Positions 1 through 7,538 of a stretch of DNA of 64,000 nt are shown here, piece by piece. Source of the DNA: an uncultured Gammaproteobacteria bacterium (lineage in GTDB: Bacteria; Pseudomonadota; Gammaproteobacteria; Magnimaribacterales; TMED112); NCBI GenBank assembly GCA_913020145.1, contig CAJWAI010000001.1, positions 1,130-65,129 on the forward strand. Reading direction: 5' to 3'. Every line of letters begins with the position of its first letter. Within the stretch, counting starts at the first letter, position 1. Made by a program: the position numbers and the translations under genes. A model generated the notes under the pieces. It worked only from the letters and a program-made list of their open reading frames with translations. It made no database searches and had not been told where the DNA came from.

Positions 1-558
1 ATTGATGAGTTAGTAGATGCAAACCCAACATCAATAAGTAATCCTGTAGTATTTACAGTATTCGGTGTTCTTACATTTTTAGCTGTTGTTGTTGCGACTT
101 TGGGACAATTAGTAGCGTATTTTAATATGTTCCAATATGGATTTGGTATGTGGGTATTAACTGATCTTATACGAATCGTTCTTGTCGGTATGCTTGGTTT
201 TGCAATTGCTGGTTTATATTTTCAACCAGAAAGAGCTAATGTAAAAATAGACAAATCAAGTTCAGTTGCTGAAGACGTAATAGCATTATTATCATTTGGT
301 TTAAAGGTTCCGCTATGTTTTGCGGCAATGTTTTCTAACGCACTTATCGTCTTGGGAGTCATTACTATTCTTAGTGGCCTAGGTTCTTATTTTGATACGA
401 GCAACTATTATGGAGCAATGACAGTACAAATGGGTCTAGGTTATTTTGTACTAGGAGCTTTTGCACCATTTTTATTCTATCTGCTATTCTTGTTTTTATT
501 CCCTATATATAATTTTTGGCTTGCGATATTACACATTCCAAAAATAGGAAAAAAATAA
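1..558 (+). CDS. Multi-pass membrane protein of unknown function; 5'-partial, with the frame open from base 1
   Basis: Frame 1 is open from position 1, and the track's TTG at 100 is probably internal. The translation is hydrophobic with about 4-5 predicted TM helices. A terminator follows directly. Confidence 0.5.
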   Translation: MDELVDANPTSISNPVVFTVFGVLTFLAVVVATLGQLVAYFNMFQYGFGMWVLTDLIRIVLVGMLGFAIAGLYFQPERANVKIDKSSSVAEDVIALLSFGLKVPLCFAAMFSNALIVLGVITILSGLGSYFDTSNYYGAMTVQMGLGYFVLGAFAPFLFYLLFLFLFPIYNFWLAILHIPKIGKK

Positions 559-577
559 AGAAAATTCTATGGAATTT

Positions 578-606
578 AAAGGGCTCTTTTAGAGCCCTTT
601 TTTATT
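578..606. terminator. Rho-independent terminator hairpin, possibly bidirectional
   Basis: Stem GGGCTCT (581-587) pairs with AGAGCCC (591-597) across a TTT loop. It is flanked by AAA upstream and a T-run (598-604) downstream. It lies between the + strand membrane gene and the 3' end of the - strand tRNA. Confidence 0.7.
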
Positions 607-630
607 GTACATAGATTCTAGGGTAAAAGA

Positions 631-707
631 TGGTGGGCCCGGGAGGACTCGAACCTCCGACCAATGGATTATGAGTCCACTGCTCTAACCAACTGAGCTA
701 CAGGCCC
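631..707 (-). tRNA. tRNA with CAU anticodon, more likely tRNA-Ile2 (lysidine) than elongator tRNA-Met
   Basis: The reverse complement reads GGGCCTGTAGCTCAGTTGGTTAGAGCAGTGGACTCATAATCCATTGGTCGGAGGTTCGAGTCCTCCCGGGCCCACCA. It folds as a full cloverleaf: 7-bp acceptor stem, GCTC/GAGC D stem, CTCATAA anticodon loop, GGAGG/CCTCC T stem and encoded CCA. The C4-G69 and C5-G68 pairs and the TTGGTC variable region resemble E. coli ileX. Confidence 0.93.
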
Positions 708-781
708 AAGGAAAGCTAGTCTAAACTTTTTTTACTATATCGTCACTTAAAAAAAGTTATTTTTAATGTATAATCCATTTT

Positions 782-1150
782 ATGAAATTTTTATCTTTGA
801 TTTTGATGTTCTTATCCACAGCGCTTTTTGCAGCGTCGGATAAAGGAACGATTGTAGTAGATGGCGAGACAGTAGAAGTATCAGTAGAGAGGGTTTACTC
901 TCCTCAGGCTTCATACCCAAGATCTGCTTTAAGAAAAGGTGTTGAGGGTTTTGTCGTGGTTGAATTTGGTGTATCACCAGAGGGAGAAGTTATTGATCCT
1001 TATGTCGTTGAAACTGATAACCCTGGATCTTTTGAGAGAACTGCTATGAGAACAATTCGAAGATGGGCTTATGAACCTTATATCTATAACGGAGTTGCAG
1101 TTACTGTCGAAGACGTTAAAGCTACTTTTAGATTCAGATTAACCGACTAA
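782..1150 (+). CDS. Periplasmic protein made of a signal peptide plus a TonB C-terminal domain only
   Basis: The N-terminus MKFLSLILMFLSTALFA looks like a signal peptide. The motif block YPRSALRKGVEGFVVVEFGVSPEGEV...RWAYEP is typical of the TonB_C fold. There is no TM anchor or Pro-rich spacer. Confidence 0.75.
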   Translation: MKFLSLILMFLSTALFAASDKGTIVVDGETVEVSVERVYSPQASYPRSALRKGVEGFVVVEFGVSPEGEVIDPYVVETDNPGSFERTAMRTIRRWAYEPYIYNGVAVTVEDVKATFRFRLTD

Positions 1151-1157
1151 ATAAAAA

Positions 1158-4100
1158 ATGTTAGTTCGAACCCAAATCCTTATATTTGGTTTACTTGGCA
1201 ATATAATTATTGCAGGCATACTTCTCTATATGAATATTCAAAATCAGGATATTCAAGAAAAGTCTAAAAATAATCAATACTCAAGCATTGTCGAATCAGC
1301 TTGGGTTCAATCGATAGATAATAGTTTCTCAAATTTAAATTCTTGGGGTGTTCGGGGAGAAAAAGGTCAAATCTATTGGGATCCATATAGTGAGGTTTCA
1401 CTTTTCCTTGATATTGGTTTTGAAGGATTTGATTATCCAAACCCTTTAATTGAAGCTTTTGATCAAGAAAAGAAAGGTGATCTATTCATTATGATTGACG
1501 AAATGTTTCTTAATGAAATTGATGAAGGAAATATAAGTTTTATAAAAGTCTTCAATGAAAGTAACGAGGAGTTAACATGCCTTTATGCATTTGATTGGGC
1601 AGACGTAGGGAATTCAATTGACATCTGTGACGCTAAAAATCAAATTACTTTCCTAAGAGATGACTCAACATCTAGTTTCTTAAATAAAATTAAAGGAAGA
1701 ATGAGTGTAACTAATGAAGTTGTATTTGCAGTTGAACAAGATGGCAATACAAACCTTCATCAAATCGTTGGCTTTCCAGTATTTCTAATGAATGAATTTG
1801 GAGTTAGTACAGGCGAACAACTTGGATCAGTGTTAATTGGAAGAGATTTAAGACAATCTATGACAAGGTTTGAAAGTGATCTTGGAGTTAGAACAGGAAT
1901 TATATCAGAGGGTCAAATTATAGACGCAGTATTCTCTGACGAATTATCAGAAGATGCATCTATTGGAATATCTAGCTTTAGTTTTGATATTGTAAAGGAA
2001 GATATACTTGAAAATAGTCTTAATAATTTTGATAGTAAAAATTTTGATGCACTTGGTTTGTCACTAACAGCCGTTCCTGTAGCATCAACTGTAAATCCTG
2101 ATACTGCTTTATTCTTTGTAATTAAAAATGTTGCGGAAGATCTAAAAGAACTAAGAGACTCCACACTTAATTCAATTGTATTTACTTTTGCGGTAATAAT
2201 ACTAATAGTTTTAGCGATATGGTGGATACAAGATGGAGCATTCTCAAGAATTGCAAAAGCAATCGAAGTTCTTGAAGCACTTACAAAAGGTGATACTACA
2301 AAACAATTACCTCAGAATAGCGGGATACTTTCATCATCTACAAATGAAGTAGGTCAATTATCTAATGCTTTAGGCAGATATAGGAATCATCTATTAGAGA
2401 TGGAGGATGTCCGAAAAGATCGAGCAGAAAGAAGAAAACAAAGAGATGAAGTAATAATTAAAAAGATGAGTGGATTAGCAGAAAAACTTGAAGGTGATGC
2501 TAAAGAATTAATCACAAAAGATATAGGTAGGATGAAGAAGCTTGTATCTGGAGCTTCTGATGAAAAAGCAGAAGAAGCTTCAGTCGAAATGATGGAGCTG
2601 GCATTTTCAAGAATGTCTGATGAGGTAAATGCTTTAATTGATTTGAAAACAAAGGAAATGGCTGTTGCAAGAGATGAAGCACGTGATGCAAGTAGCGCTA
2701 AATCACGATTTTTTGCGAATATGAGCCATGAGTTAAGAACTCCATTAAATGCAATTATTGGCTATAGTGAAATGTTACTAGAAGATTGTGAAGATTTAGG
2801 GAATGATGATATGGTCCCTGATCTAAAGAAAATTACAAATTCCAGTAAACACCTTTTGTCATTAATAAATAACGTTCTGGACTTATCAAAGATTGAAGCT
2901 GGAAAAATGGATATGTACTTCACTCCATTCTCAATAGATACGATGATCGAAACCATCAAAGACGTTTCCGGGCCACTTGCCTCAAAAAATAATAATGAAT
3001 TTATTATAAAAAATAATGTAGATGGGGAAATGAAAAGTGATGAAACAAAACTACGTCAGTGTATTGTAAATTTCTTGAGTAATGCATTTAAATTTACTGA
3101 AAATGGCCAGGTTGCTTTAGTAATTAATACAAAAAAAATAGATGGTAATGAATATGTTGTCTTTGATATCAAAGATACTGGGATTGGAATGACAGAAGAA
3201 CAATTAGGTAAATTATTCGATACCTATACACAAGCAGAACGTTCAACTAGTGCAAAATATGGTGGAACTGGTTTAGGCCTTTCTATTTCAAAACATTTTG
3301 CTGAGATGATGGGTGGTGGTGTTGATGTCACAAGTGAAGTCGATAAAGGGAGTACATTCTCAATTTTTGTACCAAGATCGTCCTCTGATGATGAAACAGA
3401 AGAAGTAGATCAAGAAGTTGACAATCCGAAAATAAAAGAAGGTGATGATTATATTCTTTTAGTTGATGATGACAAAGCTACTCATGATGTTGTAAAAAGA
3501 GCAATTAAAAAAGAGGGACATACTGTGTTTAGTGCATTTGATGGTGACGAAGGTATGGACCAAGCTAGAAAGAATAAACCAAAATTAATTTTACTTGATG
3601 TGTTAATGCCAGGAAGAGATGGTTGGTCTGTACTTAAAGAAATTAAAAACGATAAAAATTTAAAAGATGTACCTGTAGTTATTACTTCTGTTTTAAATGA
3701 AGAAAGCTTAGCCTCATCATTAGGTGCAGATGACTACATGAAAAAGCCAATTGATCGAACTTTTTTCCTTAATGTAGTGAAGAGGTATATTACTGAAAAA
3801 AATCAGAAAGTACTGGTTGTGGATGATGATGAAAATACTAGAGATTTATTGACAAGAATTTTGAACAATGAAGGTTACTTATCGATTGATGCAAAGAATG
3901 GAGAAGATGCTTTAGAGAGAGTAAAGGAAAAACCTGATCTTATAGTACTAGATTTAGATATGCCTCGCATGGATGGATTTGAATTCATTGAAAGATCTAG
4001 AGAACAAGGCCTATCAATCCCAATTGTAGTGTTTTCTGGAAAAGATATTACAGCAGTTGAAGAAAAAATGTTAAATAAATATACAGAGGGTATAGTCAAA

Positions 4101-4163
4101 AAAGAATCAAAAGTTAATTCACTTGTAAAAGAAGTTAATCAAATTTTAAAAAGCTCTAAGTAA
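1158..4163 (+). CDS. Hybrid sensor histidine kinase: 2 TM helices around a ~310-aa periplasmic domain, then HAMP, coiled coil, HisKA, HATPase, REC and a second REC
   Basis: The H-box is FFANMSHELRTPLNAIIGYSEML and the G-boxes are DTGIGM and GGTGLGLSI. Two receiver domains are present (LLVDDD...LLDVLMPGRDG and VLVVDDD...VLDLDMPRMDG). The TM helices sit near residues 5-25 and 340-360. Confidence 0.9.
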   Translation: MLVRTQILIFGLLGNIIIAGILLYMNIQNQDIQEKSKNNQYSSIVESAWVQSIDNSFSNLNSWGVRGEKGQIYWDPYSEVSLFLDIGFEGFDYPNPLIEAFDQEKKGDLFIMIDEMFLNEIDEGNISFIKVFNESNEELTCLYAFDWADVGNSIDICDAKNQITFLRDDSTSSFLNKIKGRMSVTNEVVFAVEQDGNTNLHQIVGFPVFLMNEFGVSTGEQLGSVLIGRDLRQSMTRFESDLGVRTGIISEGQIIDAVFSDELSEDASIGISSFSFDIVKEDILENSLNNFDSKNFDALGLSLTAVPVASTVNPDTALFFVIKNVAEDLKELRDSTLNSIVFTFAVIILIVLAIWWIQDGAFSRIAKAIEVLEALTKGDTTKQLPQNSGILSSSTNEVGQLSNALGRYRNHLLEMEDVRKDRAERRKQRDEVIIKKMSGLAEKLEGDAKELITKDIGRMKKLVSGASDEKAEEASVEMMELAFSRMSDEVNALIDLKTKEMAVARDEARDASSAKSRFFANMSHELRTPLNAIIGYSEMLLEDCEDLGNDDMVPDLKKITNSSKHLLSLINNVLDLSKIEAGKMDMYFTPFSIDTMIETIKDVSGPLASKNNNEFIIKNNVDGEMKSDETKLRQCIVNFLSNAFKFTENGQVALVINTKKIDGNEYVVFDIKDTGIGMTEEQLGKLFDTYTQAERSTSAKYGGTGLGLSISKHFAEMMGGGVDVTSEVDKGSTFSIFVPRSSSDDETEEVDQEVDNPKIKEGDDYILLVDDDKATHDVVKRAIKKEGHTVFSAFDGDEGMDQARKNKPKLILLDVLMPGRDGWSVLKEIKNDKNLKDVPVVITSVLNEESLASSLGADDYMKKPIDRTFFLNVVKRYITEKNQKVLVVDDDENTRDLLTRILNNEGYLSIDAKNGEDALERVKEKPDLIVLDLDMPRMDGFEFIERSREQGLSIPIVVFSGKDITAVEEKMLNKYTEGIVKKESKVNSLVKEVNQILKSSK

Positions 4164-4515
4164 ACTTACCAATTTTTTCCAGCAACCTTTGAATATCCAC
4201 TGGCTTTGTATCAAAATCATCAGCTCCAGCTTCTAATGCTTTTATTCTATCAGTTTCAAGAGCATGCGCAGTAAGAGCAATAATTGGTATTTCTTTTAAA
4301 TCTGGGTCAGCTTTAGCTTGTGACGTTGCTTCCCAACCATCAAGAACAGGAAGCCCCATGTCCATTAATACAAGATCTGGTTTTGTTGACTTCATCATAT
4401 CAAGACCTTCCTGGCCATCTAAAGCAAATTTTATTTCGAAACCTCTTCGCTCTAAACGCCTACCGAGCATATCTCGATTCATTTCATTATCTTCAACAAT
4501 TAAAATATAAGCCAT
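4156..4515 (-). CDS. Single-domain response regulator (CheY-like REC)
   Basis: Receiver motifs are ILIVEDNEMNRD, DLVLMDMGLPVLDG and ALTAHA...K. The gene is 119 aa. Its 3' end overlaps the convergent kinase gene by 8 nt. Confidence 0.9.
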   Translation of the reverse strand: MAYILIVEDNEMNRDMLGRRLERRGFEIKFALDGQEGLDMMKSTKPDLVLMDMGLPVLDGWEATSQAKADPDLKEIPIIALTAHALETDRIKALEAGADDFDTKPVDIQRLLEKIGKFT

Positions 4516-4529
4516 AACTTTATTTTAGA

Positions 4530-5969
4530 TTAACCATCATTTAAATAAAATCTATTTCTGCCATTCTTTTTTGCTAAATAGAGTCTTTCATCTGCTTTGT
4601 TTATTAGGTCGGAAATACTTGTGGACTCATTGGTTATTGAAGCACCGCCACTAACAGTCACTTGAATATCATTATTATCAACAGTAGTAATTTCTTTCTC
4701 AATTATTGCCCTAACTTTTTCACAGATTTCAGAAATATAGTTTTCTGAAGAATTATAAATAATTGCAAGAAACTCTTCTCCGCCTATTCTCCCAAAAGTA
4801 TTAGGATCAGATATTTCACTCTGCACCACATTGCTAACTTTCTTAATAATTTCATCACCTGCAGCATGACCAAATGTATCATTTACGTTTTTAAAGTGAT
4901 CTATATCAAAAATTATTACGCTAAAGTGTTCTTTTTTCTTTTCATTAATTTCTCTAAAGCTTTTTTCTAACTTTTCAAAGACAAATCTTCTATTTGGCAC
5001 ACCAGTCATTTCATCTGTTACTGCTTGATAATGTAATTCATCTAGGAGTTGTTTTTCTCTCTCTCTTAAAGCTTTTCTTTCTAATGTTGCAGCAACTTTA
5101 GCTAAAAGAATTGTTGAGTTAAGGGGTTTTGGTAAATATTCATTTGCGCCTAGCTGCAAGCATTTAGAAATACTTTCAACATCATCAAATGAAGAAACCA
5201 TAATAATTGGAAGCTTATCAAGATCAAAATTCTTTCGAACTTTTATTAATACTTCTAAGCCATTAACCTCCGGCATTAAAACATCAAGAAGAATTAAGTC
5301 ATAATGATTTTTATCGATTAATTTTAAGGCCTCTTTTCCAGAGATAGCTATTTCAGTCAAAAAACCATAACTCTTTAGTCTCCTCTCAAGGACATCACAG
5401 TTAGTTTTATTATCATCAACTATAAGAATTTTTGATTCTAAGATATCTTCTTTAATTTCAAATTCAAATTCAATTTTTCCTAGAGAACTAAATAAGCTGT
5501 CTACACTATCATCTCCAACTTCATCTACTTTTAGACTTCTTTTTCCATCTTTAAGAAAATCGACAAAATTTGAAATTGCACTTTCTACTTCTTTAGCAAG
5601 ATTTATCACATATCCAAGATCTGCTTTATGACTATCTTCAATATCTTCTGCAAAATCTTCAATTAATATTTCACTGTAACCAATTATTCCATTGAGCGGT
5701 GTTCTTAAATCATGTCTTAATATTGAAGCTTCTTCATCAGTGGAAATTGTTTTTGATTTTTGTTCAGCAAAATCTTTGAATGCCTCTATAAAATTAACCC
5801 GCAAAATCTTTGCTGATTTTTTAATATTCTCAAACTCTTCTTTAATTTCATTATCATAGTTTGAATTAGCTTCTATTATTAAGTTAATGTAATCTGCAAT
5901 CGCATCTACGGGAGTTGTAAAGTCTTGTTTGATTTGTGTAAGGATTATTTTATCTTTCTTATCACTCAC
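4530..5969 (-). CDS. Response-regulator diguanylate cyclase with N-terminal DHp (H-box) segments and no HATPase domain (DHp-DHp'-REC-GGDEF)
   Basis: GTG start. The H-box is LRHDLRTPLNGIIGYSEIL. The REC domain shows ILIVDDN...LLDVLMPEVNG, and the GGDEF domain shows RIGGEEF with NGRNRF at the end. Only about 94 aa separate the H-box His from the REC domain, which leaves no room for an ATPase domain. Confidence 0.85.
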   Translation of the reverse strand: MSDKKDKIILTQIKQDFTTPVDAIADYINLIIEANSNYDNEIKEEFENIKKSAKILRVNFIEAFKDFAEQKSKTISTDEEASILRHDLRTPLNGIIGYSEILIEDFAEDIEDSHKADLGYVINLAKEVESAISNFVDFLKDGKRSLKVDEVGDDSVDSLFSSLGKIEFEFEIKEDILESKILIVDDNKTNCDVLERRLKSYGFLTEIAISGKEALKLIDKNHYDLILLDVLMPEVNGLEVLIKVRKNFDLDKLPIIMVSSFDDVESISKCLQLGANEYLPKPLNSTILLAKVAATLERKALREREKQLLDELHYQAVTDEMTGVPNRRFVFEKLEKSFREINEKKKEHFSVIIFDIDHFKNVNDTFGHAAGDEIIKKVSNVVQSEISDPNTFGRIGGEEFLAIIYNSSENYISEICEKVRAIIEKEITTVDNNDIQVTVSGGASITNESTSISDLINKADERLYLAKKNGRNRFYLNDG

Positions 5970-7053
5970 TATTTAGGTCCTCGAGAGAACATGGTTTATG
6001 TAAGTAGAATCCTTGGCCTATCTCACATCCTAAATTTATTGCTTTTTCAATTTGCCAATCTTCTTCTAAGCCTTCACAAATAAATTCCATAGCTAAAGAA
6101 TCGGCCATTAGTTTTGCTATCTGAAATAGACTTTGATTGTGGTTTTCTTGCAGTTCATTGGTAAAACTTTTATCAAGTTTGAGAACATCTACTGGTAAGT
6201 CTTTCAAGTATCTTAAAGCAGAGTACCCTGCTCCAAAATCATCAAGTGCAATTGAAACCCCTAGATTTTTAATACTTGATAGCCTTAAAGATGCAGTACT
6301 AAGATTATTTAACTCCGCAGTTTCAGTAACCTCGATACCAAAGTCTCCTGGTTTTATACCTACTCGATGTATAAAATCTTTAAAAATTGGTAAGAAGTCT
6401 TTATGAAGGATCGTATGCGCTGAAACATTAAAGTACAATGGAATATTCTCTAGCCCTTTTTCTTGACGTGCATCAAAATATTGTTTGAGAATATCCATTG
6501 ATGAAATTACAACTAGAGAAAAAACATTTTCGCCCTCTATGTAAGGAATAACTTTATCATTTGGAATAATCTCACCTTTTTCATCAAAAAATCTTACTAA
6601 TGCCTCAATTCCTTTTAACTCTTTCTCTCCTGTTAATTTGTATTGTTTCTGGTAATACATTCCTATTCGATCATGCTCAAGACAAGATAGAATTGTTCGT
6701 AGTGCAAATAGGTTTTCCTTTGATGAAGAAACTATTTCAACTAAATAGTATTTTTCATCATCGACTGGAATAATATGCAACAATACTCTCATCACAAATT
6801 CTTTCTTTCTAAGTGTAATCTTCATAAAAACATCAAATGAATCTGCTATTTCAGAGTCAAATTGTGCTCTTTCCAGATCTTTTTCGTCAATAAATAATAA
6901 ATTTGGCTTATCATCATCGGATAACGAAAAAATATATTTACTTGCATTATTTAGCCACTTAACTTCTCCTGATGTATCAGTTATAAGAAATGGTCTTTGA
7001 TGCATAAGCAAAGATTGAGATAAAAATTTTAGTTGGTTTTGTGATTGTGTCAT
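5962..7053 (-). CDS. PAS-like N-terminal domain plus EAL c-di-GMP phosphodiesterase
   Basis: The EAL signature residues are all present: GIEALVRF, YFNVS, EVTE, DDFGAGYS, KLDKSF, EGLE and GQGFY. Confidence 0.85.
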   Translation of the reverse strand: MTQSQNQLKFLSQSLLMHQRPFLITDTSGEVKWLNNASKYIFSLSDDDKPNLLFIDEKDLERAQFDSEIADSFDVFMKITLRKKEFVMRVLLHIIPVDDEKYYLVEIVSSSKENLFALRTILSCLEHDRIGMYYQKQYKLTGEKELKGIEALVRFFDEKGEIIPNDKVIPYIEGENVFSLVVISSMDILKQYFDARQEKGLENIPLYFNVSAHTILHKDFLPIFKDFIHRVGIKPGDFGIEVTETAELNNLSTASLRLSSIKNLGVSIALDDFGAGYSALRYLKDLPVDVLKLDKSFTNELQENHNQSLFQIAKLMADSLAMEFICEGLEEDWQIEKAINLGCEIGQGFYLHKPCSLEDLNSE

Positions 7054-7538
7054 TTTTTAAAAGTATCCTTTCTTATCTCAATCTCTTCATCCACTATTGA
7101 TGCGAAATCCGGATTAAATGTTGATTTGCTTTTGTTCCAAATATCTAAGTTTAATTTGTTATCAATAAAAAGTGTTCCTAATGCTTTTCTCATAGTTTTC
7201 CACTCTTCATTATCTAACATTCCCATTTTATGTTGATAGTAATGATTTTCTCTTGCTCGCAAAATTGCAGTCATATGAATTCTTAATGCAACTTCTTCTT
7301 CAATCTCGAGATCTTGTTTTTTTATTAATTTCATTTTGGCTTTCATTAATAGTGGATCTAATCCAGCTAAAGTGACTTCTTGATGGGCTTCAGCAATAGA
7401 TTGTCTTGATGCAGCTTTACCAACTTTGATTTGCGTTCTTATCTGTGCAACTAAAAACCAGACACTAAAAATTACAGCTGGACCTGTTATGATGTTCACT
7501 ACCTTATTTACAAGTTCAATCCAATATTCAAAACCCAT
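7050..7538 (-). CDS. Hypothetical single-pass membrane protein (162 aa), translationally coupled to pit
   Basis: I trimmed the track ORF (to 7619) to the ATG at 7538, which overlaps the pit stop codon as TAATG. There is one TM helix (VVNIITGPAVIFSVWFLVAQI) followed by a helical soluble domain. I recognise no family. Confidence 0.55.
   Translation of the reverse strand: MGFEYWIELVNKVVNIITGPAVIFSVWFLVAQIRTQIKVGKAASRQSIAEAHQEVTLAGLDPLLMKAKMKLIKKQDLEIEEEVALRIHMTAILRARENHYYQHKMGMLDNEEWKTMRKALGTLFIDNKLNLDIWNKSKSTFNPDFASIVDEEIEIRKDTFKK

Noticed and set aside
818-826. A perfect DnaA-box 9-mer TTATCCACA
   Set aside because: It is a single copy inside a coding region. The expected number of chance occurrences of a 9-mer in 128 kb of two-strand sequence is about 0.5. 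There is no cluster, no adjacent AT-rich unwinding element, and no dnaA, dnaN or gidA nearby.
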